Positions 1 to 9,506 of a DNA stretch of 64,000 bases are shown here, one piece after another. Each line of letters opens with the position of its first letter. The first letter of the stretch is position 1. The translations under genes and the position numbers were made by a program. The notes beneath the pieces were generated by a model. It was given only the letters and a program-made list of their open reading frames with translations, had not been told where the DNA came from and searched no databases. This DNA comes from Tricharina praecox. Taxonomy: Eukaryota. The stretch covers positions 372,001 to 436,000 of the forward strand of contig NW_026250420.1 in assembly GCF_024521635.1 (NCBI RefSeq), written 5' to 3'.

Positions 1-347
1 TTCTACTCTGCAGCGCCAAAGTGCCCAGCGCAGTCCGCAGTGTCCACACCACAAAAGTTAGGTACGCATGAAACATGCAGATTGGGCTAAGCTATCTGGG
101 AACGGGAGACGCGGGAACGAGGAGGAAGAGCCAGAAGGAAGCTGTCGGCAAGGCGTGGATGCTGCTGATCCCCCTGCGCCCCTCCATCCATCCCACCACG
201 ATGCTTAGTCGAGGATGATCGGTCACCCACCCCAAATCGGGCAACAGTGTTTTGCTGGGGCCCACATCTAAGCATGTTTTGTGGTGCTATCCGAGGAGAG
301 AAAAAACCTGAGCGAGCATGCTGAGCACATACGGGTGCGAAGGGGGA

Positions 348-353
348 TATAAA
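348..353 (+). promoter_or_regulatory. TATA box of the cell-wall protein gene
   Basis: TATAAA followed by a CT-rich stretch, about 290 bp upstream of the ATG at 639. Confidence 0.55.
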
Positions 354-533
354 CTCGGCTGCCCATCCCACTCTTCCTCTTCTTCTGTTACTCTGCACCA
401 ATCCTACCTTCATTCGCTTCAAGGGGATTCCGTCTTTCACAACAACCTTCGTTGAATAATATATCCTGATACCACTCACCTGCAATCATTCGCTTGGCTG
501 GTGCTGTTGGACATATCTACATACTATTTCTCG

Positions 534-593
534 GTAGGTCTTCATCTTCTCTCCAGCTGTGGCGTGATGGATCCGTGGCTAACATCTCCTCAG
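534..593 (+). other. 5'UTR intron of the cell-wall protein gene
   Basis: GTAGGT donor, GCTAAC branch point, CAG acceptor, 60 nt long, ending 45 nt before the ATG. Confidence 0.7.
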
Positions 594-638
594 GATATAT
601 AACATAAAAAGGAAAATATCAGACCCTTCATAGCAAAC

Positions 639-2789
639 ATGAAGAACTCATTCGCTGCCATCCTGTCCCTCGCCCTGGCGAGCGTGGCTGTCGCTGAGGC
701 CGGTGACTACGGTAACTACGACTACACCCCCGAGGCTCCGGTTTACACAACCGAGAAGCCGTCGTACAACACTCCGGTGTACACGCCTGAGGAGCCCGAG
801 TACACCAAGCCTGCGTACACCAAGCCAGCATACACTAGCCCGGCCTACACTCCCGAGGAGCCCGAGTACACCAAGCCGGCGTACACTCCTGAAGAGCCCG
901 AGTACACCAAGCCTGCGTACACCAAGCCGGCATACACCAGCCCGGCCTACACTCCCGAGGAGCCCGAGTACACCAAGCCGGCGTACACTCCTGAGGAGCC
1001 CGAGTACACCAAGCCGTCTTATACCAAGCCGGCGTACTCCATCCCGGCGTACACGCCCGAGGAGCCCGAGTACACCAAGCCGTCTTACACCAAGCCGGCC
1101 TACACTACCCCGGCCTACACTCCTGAGGAGCCCGAGTACACCAAGCCGTCTTACACCAAGCCGGCGTACTCCATTCCGGCGTACACCCCCGAGGAGCCCG
1201 AGTACACCAAGCCATCGTACACAAAGCCGTCGTACACCACCCCGGCTTACACTCCCGAGGAGCCCGAGTACACCAAGCCTGCGTACACTCCCGAAGAGCC
1301 CGAGTACACCAAGCCGTCGTACACCAAGCCCTCGCACACCAAGCCGGCGTACACCACCCCGGCTTACACCCCCGAGGAGCCAGAGTACACCAAACCTTCG
1401 CACACCAAGCCGGCTTACACCACCCCGGCCTACACTCCCGAGGAGCCCGAGTACACCAAGCCGTCATACACCCCCGAGGAGCCCGAGTACACCAAGCCGT
1501 CTCACACCAAGCCGGCGTACACCACGCCGGTGTACACCACCGAGACTCCCGTGTACCCCACTTACACCACCACCTACGAGACCTGTATCACGTTCCCGAC
1601 CACCTACAGCTCGGACAGCACCACCTACACCACCTACACCAGCACCACCGCGACCATTACTACCACCACTTGCGAGACCACCGAGTACCCCACCGAGTAC
1701 CCGACCACCGAGTACCCTACTCCCACTGAGTACCCGACCACCGAGTACCCTAGCGAGTACCCCGAGGAAGAGACCACGTCTTGCACTACCACCGAGACGA
1801 CTGAGTACCCCACCACTACTCCTGAGTACCCGGAGGAGACTACGTCTTGCACCACCACCGAGACCACGGAAACCACCGAGTACCCTACTACTACTCCCGA
1901 GTACCCCGAGGAGACCACGTCTTGCACGACCACTGAGACCACCGAGACTACCGAGTACCCCACCACTACTCCCTACTACCCGGAGGAGACTACGTCTTGC
2001 ACTACTACCGAGACCACGGAAACCACCGAGTACCCCACCACTACTCCCTACTACCCGGAGGAGACCACGTCGTGCACTACCACCGAGACCACCGAGTACC
2101 CCACTCCCGAGGAGACCACTGAGTACCCCAGTACTACTCCCGAGTACCCTACTCCCGAGACCACGTCGTGCACTACCACCGAGACCACCGAGTACCCCAC
2201 TCACGAGACCACTGAGTACCCCACTCCCGAGGAGACCACGTCTTGCACGACCACCGAGTACTTGCCTACCACTCCCCCGTACGTGACGACCACGACGACC
2301 TACGAGACGACCCTCACCAGCTGCCTGACGTACCCGACTACCTACGTCACTGACAGCACCACCTACACCTCGTACGTCGAGACTACCGACTACATCACCT
2401 CCACCGTGTGCGAGACCTCCTCGTACCCCGTGTACGTGACCGTCCCCGTGACCTACACTCCCCCGGCCGAGACCACGACCTACATCGTTCCACCGGTCAC
2501 CTACACTCCTCCTGCCGAGACCTACACTCCTCCCGCCGAGACCTACACTCCTCCCGCCGAGACCACCACTCCTCCCGCCGAGACCTACACTCCTCCCGCC
2601 GAGACCACCACTCCTCCCGCCGAGACCTACAGCACCGGCAGTGTGACTCCTCCCGTCGCCAACGAGACTTCGTACACGTCGCCTCCCGCCGCCGCCACTA
2701 GCGAGGTCCTGACCGGCGCCGGTAACGTGGTCCGCGCCTCGTCTGCCCTGGTTGCCTTCGGTGTCGCTGCTGTCTTCGCCATGTTCTAA
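639..2789 (+). CDS. Secreted, GPI-anchored Tyr/Thr/Pro/Glu-rich repetitive cell-wall glycoprotein (716 aa)
   Basis: N-terminal signal peptide MKNSFAAILSLALASVAVA; tandem YTKP(A/S), YTPEEPE, EETTSCTTTETTEYP and TYTPPAE repeats; C-terminal small residues followed by hydrophobic tail (TGAGNVVRASSALVAFGVAAVFAMF); strong C/G third-position codon bias. Confidence 0.9.
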   Translation: MKNSFAAILSLALASVAVAEAGDYGNYDYTPEAPVYTTEKPSYNTPVYTPEEPEYTKPAYTKPAYTSPAYTPEEPEYTKPAYTPEEPEYTKPAYTKPAYTSPAYTPEEPEYTKPAYTPEEPEYTKPSYTKPAYSIPAYTPEEPEYTKPSYTKPAYTTPAYTPEEPEYTKPSYTKPAYSIPAYTPEEPEYTKPSYTKPSYTTPAYTPEEPEYTKPAYTPEEPEYTKPSYTKPSHTKPAYTTPAYTPEEPEYTKPSHTKPAYTTPAYTPEEPEYTKPSYTPEEPEYTKPSHTKPAYTTPVYTTETPVYPTYTTTYETCITFPTTYSSDSTTYTTYTSTTATITTTTCETTEYPTEYPTTEYPTPTEYPTTEYPSEYPEEETTSCTTTETTEYPTTTPEYPEETTSCTTTETTETTEYPTTTPEYPEETTSCTTTETTETTEYPTTTPYYPEETTSCTTTETTETTEYPTTTPYYPEETTSCTTTETTEYPTPEETTEYPSTTPEYPTPETTSCTTTETTEYPTHETTEYPTPEETTSCTTTEYLPTTPPYVTTTTTYETTLTSCLTYPTTYVTDSTTYTSYVETTDYITSTVCETSSYPVYVTVPVTYTPPAETTTYIVPPVTYTPPAETYTPPAETYTPPAETTTPPAETYTPPAETTTPPAETYSTGSVTPPVANETSYTSPPAAATSEVLTGAGNVVRASSALVAFGVAAVFAMF

Positions 2790-2954
2790 GCTATTTTCTA
2801 ATATTTAATGTTTGCTTTTCCTTTTCTTTCTGGGTTGGTTTATGGATTTTGTATATTTAGACGATGAGGGGGACATTCTTTGGGATTGTGGGGGATTGGG
2901 ATGCATGGATGAGAAAACACTCTTTATGATCTATGGATATTGGTCGATGATGGC

Positions 2955-2985
2955 ATGGAATGGAATGGAATGGAATGGAATGGAA
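2955..2985. repeat. (TGGAA)6 pentamer microsatellite in the 3' flank
   Basis: Tandem atggaatggaatggaa directly visible. Confidence 0.85.
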
Positions 2986-3403
2986 AAGGATGATGGGACG
3001 AGCCTCGGGAGGATGGATGGGGTTAATTTTAGTGTTTGTGTTAGTAATTGATGCGTATTTATGGGCAATACCAAGTATGGATTTGAACCATGAAGAATTG
3101 TTCGGTCTGCGTGATCGCGGTGTGATAGATGTGATGTGGTGGGATGTGATTTCAACTCTATTAGAACATGATGTAAATACGTTATCAGCGGTAGAAGCGA
3201 ATGGTAGTTGTCGATATGATCTTGGGACCGCAGTGGGCTACCATAATAAGTTCTGTGTCATAAAATAATGCCGAGTTGCTACCAGACCAGATCATCACCA
3301 TGGTCGATAACCGTGAGGGTTTTGGTAGTTTTTACTATTGGCAGAGCCGAAGCAGCCCTACCACCGCATACGGTAGATAGAGTAGGTAGAGTAGAGTATT
3401 GTA

Positions 3404-3484
3404 CTCGGGTGGAGGGAAAGCCGTGCACCATCACCACTACCAAATGGTACTTAATGGGGTGCACCATTTAACCTTACACCCGAG
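3404..3484 (-). mobile_element. 81-bp non-autonomous derivative (MITE) of the Tc1-like element at 4360-5815
   Basis: TA on both sides (3402-3403, 3485-3486); ends CTCGGGTGGAGGGAAAGCCGTGCACC and GGTGCACCATTTAACCTTACACCCGAG are imperfect inverted repeats; each half aligns to one end of the large element, in inverted orientation. Confidence 0.85.
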
Positions 3485-3515
3485 TACATTCCCTATCGTC
3501 CAACACCACAAGCCG

Positions 3516-3563
3516 AAGTTCCAAGCCCAAGTTCCAAGCCCAAGTTCCAAGTTCCAAGTTCCA
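3516..3563. repeat. Tandem AAGTTCC(AAGCCC) repeats
   Basis: Five AAGTTCC units visible, two extended by AAGCCC. Confidence 0.7.
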
Positions 3564-3674
3564 ACAACCAGGCAACCGGACAACCGCCAACATCTACAGA
3601 CACACACACACGCACACACAGAAAGAGAGAGATCCAACCCTGAGCGCGCGCGTCTCTCCTCTGCGCCTCCGCGG

Positions 3675-3725
3675 CTGCATCCTCACTGCATTCCCACTGC
3701 ATCCCGACTGCATCCTCATTGCATA
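3675..3725. repeat. 11-bp minisatellite CTGCATCC(T/C)CA, 4-5 copies
   Basis: ctgcatcctca ctgcattccca ctgcatcccga ctgcatcctca ttgcat. Confidence 0.7.
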
Positions 3726-4359
3726 CCGTAGGCAGCTTCAGCCTTCAGGTGCATAACCCCGTAAACTGCGCCGTAGAAAGTTCCTATCTATCTATGTAGA
3801 TTCTAGAATGCACGTACGTACCTGCATCCTTCAGGGGAATTCCGTTAGGGATGGGGGTGGGTGATGAGCACCCATCCGCACAAAAAACCACGCAGCCGCA
3901 TATGTATGGCTGAAACGACGGCTTATGCACATACACACCGTATGTACATATGTAGCGGAGCTACTCTCGCCGCTCGGTGCATCTGTTTCAAGCTTCACGT
4001 TTCAGCTTTTCGAATTTTCTAGCTGGCTTACGGGTGGCTTACAGGTGGCTTGCAGCTGGCTTGAATGCATGCGGGCAGCGGAGGTGCCGAGTAATGAGTG
4101 CTGAGTACCGAGTACTTACAAGTTATGTACCTATCGTTAGCCGGCAGGATGTTGCTCCGCTGCCCGCTGCGACGGTGAGGGGCGGTGACTCGGTGTGGGG
4201 TGCTGCGGCTGGGCGGGGCTGAAGAATTTGCCGTGGCGGCGTGGGGGCGGAGCATGAATATCACTCGGCGTGGGTATCACTCGGCGTGCGGATGGGATTG
4301 GATGGTTGGCTGCTGGGGCTTGAATGGCCGGCGGTGCTGGTACCCACCTACCTAAAGTA

Positions 4360-5815
4360 CGGGTGTAAGGGTAAGTGGTGCACCCCCTTAAGCGCCATGG
4401 CTGGGTGGGTGGCCGGGTTGATGATTTAATGGTGACGTTCTCGTTCTCGAATATTTGGCTTGTAAGACGAACTTAAGACCGCCACCCACGATCGTCGAGC
4501 GAATTCAGTCGTTGTGAAGTCTATTGTTCGAGCATTCGGCCGTTATACGAAGTCTATCGCAGCACGAAAGCATGAAGCAAAAAGGTGTCCGCGATCCGGT
4601 ACCGGAAGGTGTCAGTCATAGAGAAACGACTCGGGACAAACGACTACAGATCATTGCGCTACGCGAGAAAGCGGGATGGAGCTAGAGGCAAATCGCAAAG
4701 GAACTCAAGATCGACAAAAGCACGGCCTCGAGAATTTATCAGCGTTATCGCCAGTACGGCACTCCTTCGAATCGAAAACGACCCGGCAGACCCCCGATTT
4801 TCGACGCCGCAGAGAAAGCCCGTCTCGAAGCCTTTGTTGCCCGCGATTCCCGTACTCGACGTCTCAGCTGGGAAGCTATCTGTATCGAAATGGGTTATGC
4901 CTGCGACCCTAAGACAGTTCGAGATGCGATGAAGTCTATGGGATATCACAAATGGCTCCCGAGAAAGAAGTTCGATGTCGAACCTGACAACAGATCGAAG
5001 CGGGTTGCATTGTGTCAGGCCAGGCTACATTAGACTAAGGGGGAATGGAAAAGAGTTATCTGGACCCATGCATCCTGCTTCTCGACTGCAGGATTTGGTC
5101 ACCATCCATGGGTGATTCGAAAAGATGGCGAGGAGGATCACCCTGACTGTGTTGATACACAATTCGATTCCGGACGCCAATCGACGATGGCCTGGGGAGC
5201 ATTCTGCGGTACAACGAAATCCAATCTTGTCTTTGTACCTGGCAAGGCGAAGATCGATTTAGCGACCTTTGTACGAAAGATTATGGAGCCTGCACTGGTA
5301 CATTTTTGGCATCAGTGTTGCGAGGAGTATGGATGGACAATTGTTCAGGAAGACAACGCTCCAGGGCATAAAGGAGATGCCAAAAGCTATAGGGAATGGA
5401 ATGGAATGGAGGTTTTAGAGTGGCCAGCAGATTCTCCAGATCTGAATCTGATCGAAGCATGTTGGGAGGATATGGAGACTGAATTGGGAGAGACTTAGGA
5501 ACGAGTGTCGGATGTGGAGGTGTTGGAAACTATGTTACGTAATGCTTGGGGTGATATTAAAGAGGAAAGGTTGGAAAGATTGGTAGAAGGTATGCCTGCA
5601 AGGTTGCAGGCGGTGATTGATGCTGGAGGAGCACCGACAGCATATTGATGGTTGGGTGGGAAGGGGTGGTGCACTATGTACTTTTTCCGACTCATACAAA
5701 TACATCACAGCCGATCACTCGTTTTTCTCTATCTAGTCTACATAGTGCCATATATTTTTTACGGCGTTTAGAATTTCGTAGTGGTGGTGGTGCACCACTT
5801 TCCCTCACACCCAAG
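4360..5815 (+). mobile_element. Tc1/mariner-superfamily DNA transposon, full length (~1.46 kb), inactive
   Basis: TA at 4358-4359 and 5816-5817; imperfect ~27-bp TIRs (CGGGTGTAAGGGTAAGTGGTGCACC / GGTGCACCACTTTCCCTCACACCCAAG); internal transposase frame. Confidence 0.92.
4572..5648 (+). pseudogene. Tc1-like transposase pseudogene (358 codons, 3 in-frame TAG stops)
   Basis: Single frame from ATG 4572 to TGA 5646-5648: HTH-like RQIAKELKIDKSTASRIY, GRPP, WKRVIWT, QEDNAPGH, WPADSPDLNLIE, C-terminal GGAPTAY. TAG at 4683, 5031 and 5496. First catalytic D position reads H (WTHA). Confidence 0.9.
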
Positions 5816-6531
5816 TACATACTAAGTATGTGTGGGGGTTGAGTGACCGAGGCCTTGGAAAGGGTTTCTTTTCGCTGGACGTTCACGAGGGGTCACTCAG
5901 GATGCGCATGCGCATGAGTAGCGAGCAACTGGGAAGCGGTAAATTTCAATCTCATCTCGATCGGTCGTTGGCTCAAGGTAGCTCATCGTCTCCACGAGTC
6001 TAGCTAGCTATCAATACCAGTATGAAAACACCTTGGAGAAACGTAGACTCGATATAGTAGACTCAAAGTTCATTCTCGCACTGACACTGGGTGGTAGAGA
6101 ACAGAAATTGAGATCATGCTCGTTGAAAACCGAGAGCGTACAGTAGAGTATATTCCCCCCATGAACACCAAACAAGTGATTACATTTTAAAAACAATCCC
6201 ATATCCTCCATGACTATTAGAAAAAACAATCTTTCCCATCACCCCCCCTGTGCCTCCGCGACCAACCCTCGCGACCATCTCCAGCCGTCTTTGGCTTTTT
6301 CTTCGCAGTGTTGGTGCGTGCCTGGCCAGAGCCTTATTTCTTGTCAGCTATGGACGTCGATCTGGGGGGGGGTATGTAGATAGCTAACCTTTGGGGGACA
6401 CCCTTTCAACTGGCATCTTCGTATGATCCGGGGACCGCCGGGGTTTTCTGGTTGCGAGTTAGCTACCTAGACTTCTGAAAGGATATGGATTATGGGATTT
6501 CTCATCTTTGTGCTCAATCATCCAGACTCCT

Positions 6532-6765
6532 CTAGTGCAGCACCTTCTCGAGCTTCCTAATGATCCTGACAACAATGCCCTTCTTCTTCGGCGCCGGCTT
6601 TGTGCCGATGTAGTAGTCCTTGCCGTAGACGTCGTCGAAGTGGTTCGCCTGCCCGCCCTTGACGGATTGGAACAGCCACTCGTGCGGATCCGAGGAGTAC
6701 GCGAGGTCGCTGACGCTTTCGACGCTGCTGACTGGCGAGCGGATGGGAGCGGAGGTGGAAGGCAT
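6532..6765 (-). CDS. Small orphan protein (77 aa) with basic amphipathic C-terminus
   Basis: ATG in ACAATG context, host-like C/G-ending codons, upstream TTAAAAA plus CT-rich tract; the ORF-track extension to 6966 looks like 5'UTR. Confidence 0.6.
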   Translation of the reverse strand: MPSTSAPIRSPVSSVESVSDLAYSSDPHEWLFQSVKGGQANHFDDVYGKDYYIGTKPAPKKKGIVVRIIRKLEKVLH

Positions 6766-7652
6766 TGTGCTGAGTGATCGGTGGTGATAGCGGTGGTGGT
6801 GGTGGTAGAAGATCGAAGCTGGAATGGAGATAGATGTGTCGAGAAAGCGAGCAGGTGAAGATAGGGAACCAGAGGAAATGGGGAGGGGAAGGGGAGGAGA
6901 AGGGGTTTTTAATCCTCTACGAAGGGAGCAGTAAAGTTCGCAGTGATCTGGCTCCTCCTGGTGCATTACGCAAGACTCTCCTGGTCGACTCGGAATAAAC
7001 TCTGAGTTCGAGATCGAGGAGTTTGTACGGCTGATTCCAGCAGGATCCAGACCAGACTCGTCCGAGATGCTGCCCCTATGACCTATCGCACAGTATCCCT
7101 CGGAACATGGTTTGGTGGACGTAAATAAGCTTAAATAAACTCCAATCTATAATCTATTCTCCCGCGATACTTTCAACGTAACACTTTTGCATACGAGGTC
7201 ACGTAATGGCTTTCCCACTTAGCTAAAAACCTCGTGAGCCACCGAATGTAATGGTGTCTTCTCGAGCCTGTGGGGTCTAGATGCGTTTAGTATTTGGAAT
7301 TGCCTTTCCCCAAGGATAGAATCACAGCCTGTTTACACTTTGTAATCGACCGAATGACAAGAAATCACTGTTGCTCGATATAGTATGAGCTCCAGGACTT
7401 GGACGAGAAGTCATGAGGGCTGGCTTTGCTGTTTGGCTTGAAAGACTATCTATCGAGGGCGGGTTAAGCGTTGGGTAGTGGCCGGAAATTCTGGTACCGT
7501 GACATACATGACGGTAAATTACGGTATTGTATGGTACGTGACCACTCTATTTTTACCAAAAGATGAGTACCTACCAAAGGTTATTGTCCATGGTGTAGAG
7601 GACGAACTCTCTCACTGGTAGCGGTAGTTACATGGTCAGAAACTGCCCCCGA

Positions 7653-7667
7653 AGAATCTTCTGGAAG
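7653..7667. promoter_or_regulatory. Candidate heat-shock element
   Basis: aGAAtcTTCtgGAAg is a perfect three-unit nGAAn array in the divergent intergenic region; further TTCnnGAA pair near 7790. Confidence 0.35.
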
Positions 7668-8453
7668 CGGAACCCTTTTCAAAGCTTCTGGAGAAAGCAC
7701 GAGATCCTTCTGTAAGGCGAAGAAGCAGTGCACCACACTGCGGGGATATCAAGAGAAAGTTTATGACACTTGGAAGGCGTTCATCAGAATTCTGGAATGG
7801 AGTCATGCACTTCTGAGGCTGATTAGCTGGCGTCAGATTTCTCCAGAAGTCAGAACGGCTGCTGGAAGTTGAGAAGGAAGTGAGCGAAGGGGATCCTATC
7901 TGGTTTGACTAACTGGCACGGGAGAGAGAGAGAGAGGGCAGAATGAGGGTGGGGAAAGGGTTAAAGAAAACAGCAACGTCAATAGGTACCTGGCCAGACC
8001 TGTATTCACTTGTTTACTTAGGAATAGAGAGAGAGAAATACGAACCGGCAGCACTGGGCGAGTGAGCGAATGTGACAGGCAGCAGTAGCGAGCGCATCAA
8101 TCGACCTCACCGGCGCCATTGAGTCTGTCATTCGCGGTAGTTGTTCCAGCCTCGAATAATGTTCCAAGCCCGGCGGTTTTACAACTCAATTTTTAGTCCT
8201 CCTAGGAAGAGTCTCAGCTCTCCATTCACGGCCGACCTGAATATCAGACTCCAGAGTCCGTGAGCTCTGGAAGCCTGACGGAGCCATTGCCGGGAAATGT
8301 ACCACTAGACCGCGGGCCTAGCTTTCAGCCTTGTACCTCAGCCTTCAAGCACCATACATACCTGAGCTCAGCCTTCCCTAGTAGCTCACACCCCACCACA
8401 CCCCTCCATTCACCGCACCCCTGCCCCTAGCTACCTACCTTACCCACTCCACC

Positions 8454-9425
8454 ATGTCCCCCACCCCACCCGCCACCTCGAAGACCTCGAAGCTGGACGA
8501 CCTAACGTACACCTACCTCAGCACGCTCGACGAGTACCAAACGCAGCAATCGCAGCTCAACACCGACCTAACACGAGCGTTCATATCTCTCGCGCACGCC
8601 AATGTCGTCGCGCCGCCGGCTGGCGGAAGGTACGGGCGCGAGCAGTTCGAAGTCGGCGGACGCGTTATAACCGCCACGAGGGGGGTGCTGATCTCCGAAG
8701 AGGAGGAGGGGGAAGTAAGGTGGGAGTATATTAAGTTGCCGGAGCAAGAGGAGGATGTGGTGAAGGAGGAGGAGGAGAAGGAGGAGAAGGCCGAGGAGGG
8801 GGGACTACGCCATCGGAAGCCCGCGTCCACCGCGACCTCATCCAAGCCCTCGCACCCCTCCGCCCCCTCCGCCCCCTCCGCCCCCTCCGCCACCGCCGAC
8901 TCCTCCCCGCCAACCCCGACCCCGAAGCCGCGATCCGACCCAACGCGCCTCTTCCACGCGCTCCCGCCAGTCTCGCTCCGCGCGTCCGCCGCGGAGTTCA
9001 CACTCGCTTTGCCCCGCATCAGCGCGCTCGCCACGACGGTGCACAAGCTGCAGCAACTAGTCTCTCAGATCTCGCACCACCAGCGTGTAAAGAGTGTCTA
9101 CAAAATCCTTGTTTCGCCGCCGGCGTGGCCGCTGGAGGTGTCGCCGCTGGATCGCGAGAGTGGATTTGTACATCTGTGTACCGCCGAACAGACCGTGGGC
9201 GTGCTTTGTAGGTTTATGGGTGGCGTGGAGAAGGTGTGGGTTTTGAAGGTGGGGTATAGAGGGATTGCGGAGGACACGAGGTGGGAGGGCGCCGAGGATG
9301 CGCCCGGCGAGGAGTTTCCGCATCTATATGGGGCGTTGGAGGAGGGGACGGTGGAGGGGACGGCGGAGCTGGAGAGGGGTGATGGGTGGGAGAGCGTCGA
9401 CTTGGAGCACGTGGAGTGGAGGTGA
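8454..9425 (+). CDS. Vma22/CCDC115-like V-ATPase assembly factor fused to a C-terminal DUF952 domain
   Basis: N-terminal LDDL..YL..LDEY..Q..L......F.SLA.AN and DP...F..LPP.SLR.....F match Vma22/CCDC115; C-terminal YKI...LD..SGFVHL.T.EQ...RWE...FPHLYG.L matches DUF952. Confidence 0.8.
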   Translation: MSPTPPATSKTSKLDDLTYTYLSTLDEYQTQQSQLNTDLTRAFISLAHANVVAPPAGGRYGREQFEVGGRVITATRGVLISEEEEGEVRWEYIKLPEQEEDVVKEEEEKEEKAEEGGLRHRKPASTATSSKPSHPSAPSAPSAPSATADSSPPTPTPKPRSDPTRLFHALPPVSLRASAAEFTLALPRISALATTVHKLQQLVSQISHHQRVKSVYKILVSPPAWPLEVSPLDRESGFVHLCTAEQTVGVLCRFMGGVEKVWVLKVGYRGIAEDTRWEGAEDAPGEEFPHLYGALEEGTVEGTAELERGDGWESVDLEHVEWR

Positions 9426-9506
9426 TAAGTCAACGATTGCTTAATGTACAAGAATTACTTTCTCTTCCGGTCTATAGTTTTGCCCCAGCCAGCTTGCGGC
9501 TGTGAT

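Noticed and set aside
648..2286. Long alternative-frame and antisense ORFs over the cell-wall gene (e.g. 703-2286, 527 aa)
   Set aside because: By-products of tandem repeats and strong codon bias in the real frame
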